A model generated the notes under the pieces. It was not told where the DNA came from and did no database searches. It saw only the letters and a list, made by a program, of their open reading frames with translations. Shown here in pieces: positions 47,457 to 58,398 of a stretch of DNA of 64,000 nucleotides; the stretch's first letter is position 1, and each line of letters begins with the position of its first letter. The stretch is from an uncultured Gammaproteobacteria bacterium (lineage in GTDB: Bacteria; Pseudomonadota; Gammaproteobacteria; DSM-16500): positions 1,601,696 through 1,665,695 of the forward strand of contig CAVTNC010000003.1 of NCBI GenBank assembly GCA_963735995.1, given 5' to 3'. Position numbers and translations under genes: made by a program.

Positions 47457-50400
47457 ATGCGTGATCGCACTTTCATAGATCCGTTTCTCGATGGCATTGA
47501 TGCCATTTTGGCTTGGTTTAGCACGGATCTCAAACAAACAGTCGAATCCTATTGCGATTTAGAAACGGCCGAAGCGACACATAATTTAGTTGCTCGTGAT
47601 GGTTCGATTCTTTCCGTGGTGCGCATTTTTGGCGTGACGCGTTTAATTGGCCAAGAAGAATTTGATGCAATACATCAAGGGCTGACACAAAGTTTGCAAG
47701 CAACGCTCAAAAGACCAGGACATGTGTTGCAAGTTTATTTTGGTTACGACAGAGAAGCTGTCAAACCTGAAATCGAAGAAATATTATCGCCTGCAAATGC
47801 AACGGCCAAACGGTTGCATTTGGATTTAGATGATTTATTTAGTGAACGATTAAATTATATTTCAAAATATTGTGCTCATGAAGAATTGTATTTTGTTTTA
47901 TGGACGCGCCCTTATTCATTGAGTGCTGAACAAATGAAACGAGCAGCGAAAGAAAAACTGAATTTCATTCGTGAACATAAAATTCCGCCTTTTAAAAATG
48001 GACAAAATCTCATTGCAGCCATTCCTGATTTGCGTGATGAACACAGTTCATTTGTGCGTTCGGTGGTGACGGATTTAAATGCGCTCAACGTATATTGCAC
48101 TTTGCTTGAAGTGCATGATGCCGTTGCTGCGATGCGTAATTCAGCGGATCCTGATTTTACCGATAAAGAATGGCGACCGGTATTACCTGGCGATAAAATT
48201 CCCGTGCATGAAGCGCGACCACTGGCGGGCGAATTGTCGGGATTGATGTATCCACCACTATGCAAGACAAGTATTTCCACGCGATGCCGTGGTGCATGGA
48301 TTTACGTACGCTTGCGTGCTGGCGATAGAATTTATACACCGCTTTTCATCGATCTTTTCCCGCAAGAATTAAAATCATTCATCAGTTTATTTGCACGTAC
48401 GTTGCCAACACGCGTGCCTTGGCGTATGTCATTTTTAATTGAAAGTGGTGGACTGCTCGACACTTGGTTTTAAATCAGCGATGGCAGCTATTTTAAGTTT
48501 TTCCTCAGCACAAAATGGCTTGGTTCATGATGCAGTCAAATTATTGCGTGATATTGAAACCAATACCGATGATGCGGTGGTGAAACTGCAAGTTAGTTTT
48601 GCAACTTGGGCGCCTGAAGGCAATATTCGTTTATTGCGCACTCGTGCGGCGGAATTTGCTAAAGCAGTAGAAGGTTGGGGAACTTGTGAAGTGTCGGAAG
48701 TATCAGGCGATGTTTTTGCAGGCGTTGCTTCCAGTTTATTAGGTTTTACCGCAAATAGTGTCGCAACACCGTCTGTTGCGCCGTTATCGGATGTGGTTTA
48801 TATGCTGCCTTTTACGCGTCCCGCTTCTGCTTGGGAATATGGTGCATTGTTACTGCGTTCACCCGATGGCAAACCATGGCCTTATCAACCAGGATCCGCG
48901 CAGCAAACGACGTGGATTGATTTGATGTATGCGCGTCCAGGTTCTGGTAAATCGGTTTTATCGAATGCCATCAATTTGGCGCTTGTGTCTCTCGGGCGGT
49001 ATTACACGTTTACCGCGCATTGCCATCATTGATATTGGTCCATCGAGTAGCGGATTGATTTCGTTATTAAAAGAAGCGCTGCCACATGATAGGCAGCATT
49101 ATGTGGCTTATCATCGTTTACGCATGACACCTGATTATTCTATTAATCCTTTTGATACCCAACTTGGTTGTCGTTATCCCCTCGCCGCAAGAGCGCGGAT
49201 TTTTAGTGAATTTTGTCACGTTGCTTGCAACACCACTCGGTGCTGAACGTCCTTATGATGGTATTTCTGATATGGCGGGTCTTGATTGTTGATGAAATGT
49301 ATAAATATCTCGCAGATGATGGCAAGGCACATCCCTTATACTCAGGGTATTGAAACCATCGTGGATGATATTTTAGCTGAAATTGGTTTTGTTTTTGATG
49401 AACGCACCACTTGGTGGGAAGTGACAGATGCGTTATTTTTAGCAGGATTTCATCATGAAGCCATGTTGGCACAACGTTATGCGATGCCATTGCTGGCAGA
49501 TGCGGCTGCTATTTGTCGCACGCAAGTCATTGAAGATTTGTATGGACAAGTGCGTGCGCCAACGGGTGAACCGTTGATTCAAGCTTTTGGTCGTATGATT
49601 TCAAGCGCGGTGCGTGAATATCCGATTTTATCCAGCATCACACAATTTGATATTGGTGATGCGCGAATTGTTTCACTCGATTTAGATGAAGTTGCAAAAA
49701 GCGGTGGTGATGCCGCAGAACGGCAAACAGCGGTGATGTATATGTTGGCACGTTATGCACTTGCACGACATTACTATTTGACAGAAGATGCACTCGGTGA
49801 TATTCCCGAAGCTTATCGTGAATATCATCGACAGCGCATTGGCGAAATACGTGAAGATGCAAAGCGCATTGTCTATGATGAATTTCATCGTACGTCAAAA
49901 GCGCGCGCAGTGCGTGATCAAGTTATTTTAGATATGCGTGAAGGTCGAAAATGGAATGTGCAAATTGCTTTGATTTCGCAATCACTAGATGATTTTGATC
50001 CGGTGATGGTAGAGTTTGCTACGTCTATTTTCATTATGGATGCAGGTCCTGAGCAAGCGATCAAACGATCCACGGAAATTTTTGGTCTATCAGAAACAGC
50101 ACGCATTGCCTTGAAAACACGAGTGCATGGTCCACGCGAAGGTGGTGCAACTTTCTTAGCGCAATTTGCCACAAAAGGTGGTCATGAATACCCAATTGCT
50201 CACCAACACTTTAGGTCCTATTGAATTATGGGCATTTAGTACCACAGCAGAAGATGCGCGGCTGCGTAATAAACTGTATCAAAAATTAGGACCTAAAGAA
50301 GCACGTCGTGTTCTTGCCAATCTTTTTCCATCGGGTTCAGTGAAGAGCTTAATCGAAGCGCGTTTATCGGTGCTGAAAGAACAGCAGGGTATTATCGAAG

Positions 50401-50489
50401 AAGGATCGGGCTTGAGTATTGCCGATCAATTGCTTGACGAAATTATCGTAGCGTACTCAAAGAATAAAGATGTGAAGAGTTTGACCTAG
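47457..50489 (+). CDS. icmB: Dot/Icm ATPase IcmB (DotO), interrupted by nine +1 insertions
   Basis: ARPGSGKS, IIDIGPSS, VYDEFHR, MREGRKW, LGPIELWAFSTTAED; removing 9 bases gives 1007 aa. Confidence 0.93.
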
Positions 50490-50496
50490 CAGCATT

Positions 50497-50674
50497 GAGA
50501 GTATTCACCGAACTCCGTCATTGCGAGCGCGAGCGAAGCAAACCAGGCTTTAATGCTGCTAAAATAATGAAGGTTGTCCGTGTTTTTAAGGCTTTATCAG
50601 TGTTTATACCTCACCGCAAAAAACCTAGTTTGCTTCGCTCGCGCTCGCAATGACGGAGTTCGATGAATACTCTC
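50497..50674. mobile_element. Family-2 MITE copy 2 (178 bp)
   Basis: 51-bp TIRs with 2 mismatches; flanks GCAGCATT (50489-50496) and GTAGCATT (50675-50682). Confidence 0.85.
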
Positions 50675-50930
50675 GTAGCATTGTCAGCATGCAGTCATTC
50701 ATTTATCTTCTCTTGCGTCGTCGCCATTTTTTTGGACCATGTGGTCCTTTTCCTCTTGGCATGTTTATTTCCTCGCTGGTTGTCATCAAGGTTTGATCAT
50801 TCCATTATAGCGGAAAAAATTTTATTTGTTTTTTCCGTAAAGAGCAAATATTTTACATATTGTGCCATGACATGATAATATTTAAACCAGTCACACTTTT
50901 AATACCGAATAAATTAGAGGTAATGCAGTT

Positions 50931-51392
50931 ATGTATAAAAATATTTTTTTACTTCTCGTTTCGTTATTTATATTAGCTGCTTGCAGCACAGCTGGTGGTC
51001 CGTCTTTTTCGGGTTACAAAGCAGCGGGTGCGAATGATACCGGTGTTTATCTTTATCGGTTGAAACATTTTGCTTCTGGCTTTGGTGAAAATGTCCTGAT
51101 AGATGGTAAGCCATGGGGAACATTGAAAGACAATGGTTTTCTTTATACGCGTTTAACACCTGGCACGCATACCATATCCATGCCTTATCGCAATTTGTTG
51201 TTTACTAAATCAAATGACAAAACGTTTACTGTGTCGTCTCACGAAATTAAATATTTTAAAATCGTCTGGAGTCCATCAGGAAACTTAACGTGGTTGTCAG
51301 GTGGTCCTGTACCAGAATGGAACTGGTCGTACGTCGCGATGCCAGCATCGGCTGCGAAACAAGAAATGCAGTCGTTGAATTTGTCTAGCTGA
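50931..51392 (+). CDS. Lipoprotein, DUF2846-like
   Basis: Lipobox LAAC; VYLYR, VLIDGKPWGTLKDNGFLYTRLTPGTHTI. Confidence 0.75.
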   Translation: MYKNIFLLLVSLFILAACSTAGGPSFSGYKAAGANDTGVYLYRLKHFASGFGENVLIDGKPWGTLKDNGFLYTRLTPGTHTISMPYRNLLFTKSNDKTFTVSSHEIKYFKIVWSPSGNLTWLSGGPVPEWNWSYVAMPASAAKQEMQSLNLSS

Positions 51393-51423
51393 CAATAAGG
51401 AGGAAGTGAGCGCTTGGCTCACT

Positions 51424-53664
51424 TCAGTGTTTGTGCTCCATAAACCGAATAAATCGTTCGTTCAACTCTGCTAAAACGTCTTCACTCAGCGGTCCAGGTT
51501 TAGGTTGTTGCCATAGACTAAGCTTACTTCTAATTTTTGCATTGTATCGAATTTTTCTGGCAGCATCATCTTCCTGCTGCATTTTTAATTTTTCTTCTTC
51601 TTGATGGTAGGGATTTAGCACAGGATACATTATGCGTGCTTGCCTTGCGTGTTCTGCAACATTTTCGCGTATATCACGAGCAAGACACGGTAATAATAAA
51701 CCTTCATAGTCTTTTTCCAGTATGGATATTTGTGCTTGTTCATTAGCGATATCAAGTTTAACGTGCAGGCCATGCAGAATATCGTCACTGTTGAGTGGCG
51801 GTAATGGTGGTTGCTGACGCTCTCGCGCTTTGTTAAGCAGGATGAGATAAGCTTCTTGCATTTCACCATTTTTAAACCAAGGCTGACTGTGTGATCTGCG
51901 TTTCATCACATTAGAAATGTAAATTGTTTCGCCTTTTTCATCAACTGTTCGTATAAAACTTGTCAAATGGTCACGGAGATGATGGCAGTGAGAAGAATTT
52001 TTTTTTCGCAGTATTCCTTTTTTGATAATTTTTGCTTCGGGTAAAAGAATGATTTCTGGCAGATCAGCAATTTTATTTTTAAATGTTTCTGCAATTTGTT
52101 TTCGCGATAAATCGGGATGCTCTTTTTCCAGTAAATAAAGGTATATTTCTAGCGCCTGCAAACTGGCTCGACGTTGATGTTCTGCAATACGGGTATTTTT
52201 ATGTGACGTCGCTCCAGATAGGCTGACATATTGCGCAAATGTGTCGGGAAATAAGCGAAGACAAGTAGCGAAAAGATCACTGCGGTAAATCACCGTTCCA
52301 TCTTCATAGTTGATTGGCCATCCTGCATTGGTATCGCTAATATGGCGATAATCTTTTTTACGTACGTAAAAAAATCCATCGCCTAGCATGTGATAATTGC
52401 GCATCGCATCTGCTTTTTTCGGATGATATCCTCTGATGAGGTAATACCAGAAATTGGCGCATAAATAATATAATTGCTTGCTGCCAGTAATCATCACTTC
52501 TGTGTCACTACAACAATAAGGAATAAAAAAATTCGGTGAATTGTCTTTGATACGATGGGCGCCGCGGAAAGCAGAAAAAGTTTTCAGTGGTTGGACGTTA
52601 CCTTCCATTATTTTTTTGATGAATTCATAATCGTTTCGAGTGTTTGTGTAAGGCACGATGTCTGTTTGCAGCGATAAAGATTGATGAGGTGCAAAGCGCG
52701 ATCTTGCCACAGCATTTTCACTAATCAAAGTGACAGGTGTTGCTTCTGTCGTCTCCTGTGCGTGAGCCAACCGGTGACGAATTTTATGTTGAACACTCTC
52801 CTCATGCTTTTCCATTTCTTCTTTTTCGTCCGCTAAAAAACAGGAAGATTCTTTTGGGCACCAACTTAAAGCAGTCAGGCCTTTGTGATCAGTCGCAGCG
52901 GCAGCAATGCCGTTTTCCAGTAAAAATAATATCATCTCAAGACTGTTGCTGGATTCTGCTGCATGGTGGAGCAGCGTTTCACCTTTTTTGCCTCGCCATT
53001 TGTTGATATCAAGTCCTTTAGCGATGAGCGCTTTTAGAATACGCATATCATTTATTTTGATCGCGAGGACAGTAAGCGTTCTTTCATGCGGCTCATATTT
53101 AAGATTATCCTCATTGAGGTCCGCTCCCATTTCAATTAAATAAAGCGCTGCTTCTATCATTTTTGCTTTATCGAATTGTGAATAGCAATCAAATCGAGCG
53201 ATGCTATGAATAATATTGTAGACAGCAGTTTTTTTGAAAGTGGCATGGGACGTATTGATGTCTGCATTATTTTCGAGTAACAAAGCAGCCATTTCACGAG
53301 TGGATACGCTATGTAATGCGGGCGCATATCTTGCCGTGCACATGTTGGTGTTCACATTTTTGCTTAAAAGAAACTGCGCCATTTCGCTATCATTTTTTTT
53401 CACGGCAATCAGTAATGGCCATTCTTCATTGCCAAGCTCACGATTGTATTCCAATAAAACAGCGGCACCAGGCTTAGCATCCGCCTTTACTCTTTGTCTC
53501 GCTGGCGCATCAATGTCAGCTCCCTCATCTAAAGCAGATTGCACCATCTTGATATCGCTTCGTCGCGTTCCGATAATGAGCCTTTCTGCTGGCGAATAAG
53601 TTCTTTCAATTTCATGATCTTGTTTTGCTTGACGATGAATTTGTTGTTGTTGTCGATGGGTCAT
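51424..53664 (-). CDS. Ankyrin-repeat protein with large unknown C-terminal region, candidate effector (possibly fused to 53612-54004)
   Basis: PLLIAVKKNDSEMAQFLL, ETLLHHAA...LLENG, TALSW; about 450 aa of unassigned C-terminus. Confidence 0.8.
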   Translation of the reverse strand: MTHRQQQQIHRQAKQDHEIERTYSPAERLIIGTRRSDIKMVQSALDEGADIDAPARQRVKADAKPGAAVLLEYNRELGNEEWPLLIAVKKNDSEMAQFLLSKNVNTNMCTARYAPALHSVSTREMAALLLENNADINTSHATFKKTAVYNIIHSIARFDCYSQFDKAKMIEAALYLIEMGADLNEDNLKYEPHERTLTVLAIKINDMRILKALIAKGLDINKWRGKKGETLLHHAAESSNSLEMILFLLENGIAAAATDHKGLTALSWCPKESSCFLADEKEEMEKHEESVQHKIRHRLAHAQETTEATPVTLISENAVARSRFAPHQSLSLQTDIVPYTNTRNDYEFIKKIMEGNVQPLKTFSAFRGAHRIKDNSPNFFIPYCCSDTEVMITGSKQLYYLCANFWYYLIRGYHPKKADAMRNYHMLGDGFFYVRKKDYRHISDTNAGWPINYEDGTVIYRSDLFATCLRLFPDTFAQYVSLSGATSHKNTRIAEHQRRASLQALEIYLYLLEKEHPDLSRKQIAETFKNKIADLPEIILLPEAKIIKKGILRKKNSSHCHHLRDHLTSFIRTVDEKGETIYISNVMKRRSHSQPWFKNGEMQEAYLILLNKARERQQPPLPPLNSDDILHGLHVKLDIANEQAQISILEKDYEGLLLPCLARDIRENVAEHARQARIMYPVLNPYHQEEEKLKMQQEDDAARKIRYNAKIRSKLSLWQQPKPGPLSEDVLAELNERFIRFMEHKH

Positions 53665-54004
53665 AGCGTTTAGTTAAATTATCCATGGTCTCACGACGTG
53701 CGGTTTCTTTATCTTCTTCTTGTAAAAAAGCATCACGCCATTTAAAAATCGCCACATCAAAAATGTCTGCATTGTCGGATAGTGATAACGTGTCATACAT
53801 TTTTTTTAGTGCAGCACGTAAATAACCATGGTGAGTTATTTCGTATTTATCAGGATGCGTTACTTGCAAAAATAATTGCGTTAACTGAGTGAGAATATCT
53901 TCCTGCCATTTTTGTCTTTCCGTAGCCGATGAGGTGCTGTCTAGTTTATTTTTTAGCAAGGTGTTGAATACTTCAAAAAAATCGCTTAAGTGTTTCATTA
54001 GCAT
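53612..54004 (-). CDS. Hypothetical protein, possibly the N-terminal part of the 51424-53664 gene
   Basis: 130-aa ORF overlapping the next ORF by 53 nt; one +1 base would fuse them. Confidence 0.55.
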   Translation of the reverse strand: MLMKHLSDFFEVFNTLLKNKLDSTSSATERQKWQEDILTQLTQLFLQVTHPDKYEITHHGYLRAALKKMYDTLSLSDNADIFDVAIFKWRDAFLQEEDKETARRETMDNLTKRYDPSTTTTNSSSSKTRS

Positions 54005-54063
54005 AAGGCATCATCTCATTTTGTTAATGTTGTACACGCTAAAATAAATTTAGCGGTGTCTAA

Positions 54064-56217
54064 TTAAAAGGTTAAAAGTCTTGTCGCTTCATCGTCACTA
54101 CATTCTTCACTGTCGGTATCGTTACGGCCTACTGGTAGGTGGAGTGGATAATTAGATGGCCCTGCTTCTTCCCATTGTGGTGGCAATCCCATTTCGATAT
54201 CCGTGGTGATGGATGCTGCTTTTTTACGATTAGCGGGCTGAGTGAAAAGAGCAGCGGTATTTCCTGAAAGTGATAATGGTGTTTGGCTAGTGCTTGCTTG
54301 ACGCCACACATCTATGTTGAGATTTGCGATGGTGGTTATCATATCAATCGCTGTGTCCCTAAGTTGATTATTAGGTAATCGTGCAATATTGGCTTCAAAT
54401 TCTCTAATATCCGCTGCAGGGATGATTAAGATTCCTTCTTTTTCTAAAGCTTGCAATCTTTTTAGTATCTCTTTTGCTGTTGGCTCTACGTCTTTCCAAT
54501 GATGCCGGTTCAATGTGGGCTGTTTATTAAATAATATATTGTAAAGTAAACGCCATAAGACAATTAGTATTAAGACACCTACAACGAATGTTATCGCACC
54601 TCCTACAGCATATAAAGCCACGGCTAAACCTGCTGCTTTTCGTTCCTCCTGCAGGGCAGATATCGCTTGATTATTCCACGGATCAGCAGAAATAAGCTTA
54701 GCAATATTGCTATTTAAGTCGTCGACTTCTGTAACTTTGATGCCAGTTAGGACAAATAAGGGAATCGATAGCGCCGGTATCAGCAGTGCGGCTAGTGGTG
54801 CGAATATCACAATGGCGCGATAGGTTAATGAAGTGGTGGGTTGGTTATTTAAATTTGTTAATATCGTATTCAATTGTTTGTTAAAGGCAATCAGCATCAG
54901 TCTGTCTTGTTCTCTTATCTGATAATCAGCAAGTGTTTCATGCTGTTTTTTTATTGATGCTGCGTGTGGAGAAGATGGAGCTGCCGATATTTTTTTTGCA
55001 TATTGCGGTATCTGTTGCAGAATCTGCGGAGGAATTGGCAACAATAAATCACGATAAGTGTAGTGATGATGAGTCCTTAGTAACGCCTGCAGAAATTCTC
55101 GTGATCGAGAGTCATCAGGATCAATGTCTGGTCTATGTCGCAAGATATCTATTTTAGGATTGGAAGAAACCACTGCTCGATAAGTGTGACGATTGCCCAT
55201 AAAAGGATTTAGTTCAAGATGGATACGGACGAGTTCAAGTAAACTTTGTGATGCGGCAGTTGCTTGTAAAAGAAATTGATGTGCTTTGGTTAAAGAAGAA
55301 TTGTTAATTTGCAGGTGATGATAGTCTTCTCCACATTCTTTAAATGAATGGTGATTTACCTCAGCAAAAAGAATCTGTTTTTTTCTGCTATCAGCCTGAT
55401 CAATCATCTCTTCGAATATCGCTAAAAAACGCTGCCGATGATTTGGAGGAAGATGGTTATAGATAATATGTCGTTTTTGCATGGAACAGCTCATAAGATA
55501 CTTGTGTACCGTGTTGCCAAAGTTATTACTGGTATGCAAATCAGTTTCATATTGAAAAAGTAAAGCGAAGGTATTAGGTCTATTATTTTTATAAGCAATA
55601 TGAGCAGCCGTGTTACCTTCTTTTTTATTCGCTTGATTCAGATAATTCACAAAGTTTTCTTCTTTTTTTATTTCCTCGAGCAACAGTTCAGTAACATGAT
55701 AGTGCCCATTTCCCGCTGCCATCATCAGCGGTGAATGATGTTCCTCATCAGAGATAAGCCAAGGAGGTATCCTTTCTTTTTCGGTAATTTCCTTTCCTTT
55801 ATCTTTAATGAGAGAACCATCCCTGTCATTTTCTGCAAGCATTTTTTCTTGCTCTTTGGTAGTCGTCATTAACGATTTTAGTAAACGAATATGACCGCCA
55901 GCCGCTGCGAGCAAGAAGAGGCTTCGACCTTTGGTGTCAACGGAATAAATGAGATCAGCAAGAATTTTTTCGGGACGGTCACTGTTATCGGCAACAAACT
56001 TACGGATTACTGTTTCAGCAACCTGAATGGCTTTTACCTCGATAGCATGATGCAATAACGGTATTCCGTCTTGATCACAAGCAAGATAATTGAAACCATG
56101 GTAATGACCATATGTATTCAATAATTTTTCCGCTTCAGCAAATTCTCCCAAAACAAGTGATTGGTGAAGTGCCTCTTCGATTGTGTTGATGAAACGACTG
56201 TCATTACGCTGCTGCAT
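54064..56217 (-). CDS. Ankyrin-repeat protein with two TM helices, candidate effector
   Basis: PLLHHAI, SLFLLAAAGGH, SPLMMAAGNGH, NTAAHIAY; two hydrophobic helices; acidic tail DTDSEECSDDE; RBS GAGGAG. Confidence 0.82.
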   Translation of the reverse strand: MQQRNDSRFINTIEEALHQSLVLGEFAEAEKLLNTYGHYHGFNYLACDQDGIPLLHHAIEVKAIQVAETVIRKFVADNSDRPEKILADLIYSVDTKGRSLFLLAAAGGHIRLLKSLMTTTKEQEKMLAENDRDGSLIKDKGKEITEKERIPPWLISDEEHHSPLMMAAGNGHYHVTELLLEEIKKEENFVNYLNQANKKEGNTAAHIAYKNNRPNTFALLFQYETDLHTSNNFGNTVHKYLMSCSMQKRHIIYNHLPPNHRQRFLAIFEEMIDQADSRKKQILFAEVNHHSFKECGEDYHHLQINNSSLTKAHQFLLQATAASQSLLELVRIHLELNPFMGNRHTYRAVVSSNPKIDILRHRPDIDPDDSRSREFLQALLRTHHHYTYRDLLLPIPPQILQQIPQYAKKISAAPSSPHAASIKKQHETLADYQIREQDRLMLIAFNKQLNTILTNLNNQPTTSLTYRAIVIFAPLAALLIPALSIPLFVLTGIKVTEVDDLNSNIAKLISADPWNNQAISALQEERKAAGLAVALYAVGGAITFVVGVLILIVLWRLLYNILFNKQPTLNRHHWKDVEPTAKEILKRLQALEKEGILIIPAADIREFEANIARLPNNQLRDTAIDMITTIANLNIDVWRQASTSQTPLSLSGNTAALFTQPANRKKAASITTDIEMGLPPQWEEAGPSNYPLHLPVGRNDTDSEECSDDEATRLLTF

Positions 56218-56358
56218 GGTTTACTCCTCATCGGATGCTATTATTTGTAATAATTATATTGCGCAAAATTATAACATCTCACCTTGCTTTTAGCAAAAAA
56301 GCGGATTGCAGTTCTGAAAATAAGTTATTTAAAATGAATGAGTTAAGATGAAAGTCCA

Positions 56359-57654
56359 TTACCGCAATGCGGCATTTACCAGTATTTCCAGCATTTCTTG
56401 ACGTCCAGACGTTGGTTGTGGGCTCACTTCATTATCGAGAACGTGGCTCGCGATTTGGCTGAAATCGGTTTTGCCTTGCAAGATTTCTTGGCCGAGTGGT
56501 TGTTGCCAGGGTGCGTAACGTTTCTGTAAAAAAGTTTCGAGAGATTTGGTTTCAACGAGTTTGGCAGCGACCAGTAAGCTGCGAGCGAGTGCGTCTATGC
56601 CACTTAAGTGACCGAAAAACATATCGCTTAAGTCGATACTTTGGCGGCGTAATTTTGTGTTGAGATTAAAACCGCCACTTTGAAAACCGCCGTGACATAA
56701 TAATAAATAAAGCACTTGCACCATTTCGTTGAGATGTGTTGACAGCGTATCGACATCGGATGATGTGTCACCTTGATTACTATCAATACTGCCAAATAAA
56801 TTGTGCGCAAATGCATAAGCCACTTCGTGAGAAAAAGAATGACCGGCGAGCGAGGCGTGATTTGCTTCAATATTTACTTTGAATTCTTTTTCTAAACCAT
56901 GTTGTTGCAAAAAAGCTGAAACCGTTGCGGTATCGTAATCGTAAGGATGTTTTGTCGGCTCACAGGGTTTTGGTGCGATGAGTAGTGTGCCTTTATAACC
57001 AATTTTGTGTTTGTACTCGACCAGCATGGTTAAAAACCGCGCCAGCTGTTGCAATTCTTGGGTGAGATTAGTGTTCAGTAACGTATCGTAACCATCACGA
57101 CCGCCCCATAACACATAATTTTCGCCACGCAACCTATGGGTAATATCAAGCGCTTGTTTGACTTGAGCAACAGCATAAGCAAATACATCGGGATCAGGAT
57201 TGGTTGCAGCACCGGCTAAATAACGACGATGACTGAAAAGATTAGCGGTTCCCCACAAAAGACTTATGTGTTTTTGCTCCATCTCAATGGCTATTTTTTC
57301 AGCGATGTGTAATAAATTTTTGTTGGTTTCACGCAACGTATTGCCAGTGGGTGCAATGTCACGATCATGAAAGGTGAAAAAACGTAAACCTAATTTTTCG
57401 ATGAATTCAAATGCTGCTTTGACACGTAATTCTGCAGCGTGCATCGCATCATGGTGTTGCCAGGGCCGATGATATTCATCATTGTTTCCTGGCCAGCAAA
57501 AGGTCTGCCAAAAACACACGGAAAGACGCAAATGTTCTTCCATGGTTTTGCCCAATACTTTTTGTTGCGGATTGTAATAACGATAAGCGAGATGATTGGT
57601 TGACTCTAATCCTTCAAATACAATGGCTGGCATGTCATCGAAAAATTGCGTCAT
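56359..57654 (-). CDS. xylA: Xylose isomerase (class II) homologue with degenerate metal site
   Basis: Start reassigned to MTQFFD; KTMEEHLR, FHDRD, WGTANLFSHRRY, WGGRDGY, NIEANH, RRQS; but IAPKP, VDTL and NLNTK. Confidence 0.85.
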   Translation of the reverse strand: MTQFFDDMPAIVFEGLESTNHLAYRYYNPQQKVLGKTMEEHLRLSVCFWQTFCWPGNNDEYHRPWQHHDAMHAAELRVKAAFEFIEKLGLRFFTFHDRDIAPTGNTLRETNKNLLHIAEKIAIEMEQKHISLLWGTANLFSHRRYLAGAATNPDPDVFAYAVAQVKQALDITHRLRGENYVLWGGRDGYDTLLNTNLTQELQQLARFLTMLVEYKHKIGYKGTLLIAPKPCEPTKHPYDYDTATVSAFLQQHGLEKEFKVNIEANHASLAGHSFSHEVAYAFAHNLFGSIDSNQGDTSSDVDTLSTHLNEMVQVLYLLLCHGGFQSGGFNLNTKLRRQSIDLSDMFFGHLSGIDALARSLLVAAKLVETKSLETFLQKRYAPWQQPLGQEILQGKTDFSQIASHVLDNEVSPQPTSGRQEMLEILVNAALR

Positions 57655-57658
57655 GATT

Positions 57659-58378
57659 TCATCTCCCAAAGACTTCCTTGAAAAAATTTTGCATCGCAAG
57701 CCATGATCTTGCATCGGCATTTTTATCATAAACGGTTCCAAAGGCTGCGTCATTTGCTTTTGGATTGGTGAAAGCATGCATGGCATTTCCATACATGTTC
57801 AGTTGCCAATCAGCTTTCGCCGCTGTCATTTCTTCGCCAAAAGCAATAACGTGATCTGGTGTCACCATGGGATCATCAAAGCCATGTAATGCTAAGATGT
57901 GAGCGTTGATACGATGCGGTGTAAAATTTTCCGGTGCATGTAACAAACCATGAAAACTAACAACGGCATCGACTGTCGCACCACTGCGAGCAAGATCGAG
58001 TGCACACAAACCACCAAAACAAAAACCAATAGCAGCGATGTGATGATGATCAACGCCATCCATTTTTTTAACGGTTTCGAAAGCCGCCAATATGCGTTGT
58101 TGCAATTTGTTGCGATCTTCGAGAAAGGGCTGTATCAACGCAGCTTTTTCTTCTTTGGTCTCGCCTAATGTATTTTTGCCAAACATATCGATGGCAAAAC
58201 CAATATAACCAAGTTCAGCTAATGCTTCTGCTTTGTTGCAAGCAAAATCATTTTTCCCAGACCAATCATGACACACTAATACCGCTGGTTTTTTTGCAGC
58301 ACCACTTTCTTCGTTGGCATAATAACCTTCGAGGATGACATTCCCATCGTGGTATTCCATTTTTTGTGTTTTTAACAC
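57659..58378 (-). CDS. Dienelactone hydrolase family protein
   Basis: GTG start with AGGAG; VCHDWSG, IGFCFGG nucleophile, SFHG, LHGFDDP, YGNAMHAFTNP. Confidence 0.92.
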   Translation of the reverse strand: MLKTQKMEYHDGNVILEGYYANEESGAAKKPAVLVCHDWSGKNDFACNKAEALAELGYIGFAIDMFGKNTLGETKEEKAALIQPFLEDRNKLQQRILAAFETVKKMDGVDHHHIAAIGFCFGGLCALDLARSGATVDAVVSFHGLLHAPENFTPHRINAHILALHGFDDPMVTPDHVIAFGEEMTAAKADWQLNMYGNAMHAFTNPKANDAAFGTVYDKNADARSWLAMQNFFKEVFGR

Positions 58379-58398
58379 AGGTGAACTCCTTATCAAGA

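Noticed and set aside
36822..50190. Programmed ribosomal frameshifting in icmO or icmB
   Set aside because: No slippery sequences; nine events in one gene, including a compensating triplet, are not plausible as recoding.
57655..57792. ORF-track N-terminal extensions of xylA, DLH, lgt, accC, rplY, ychF, icmC and icmG
   Set aside because: They overlap neighbouring genes or lack homology; downstream starts have an RBS or stop-start coupling.
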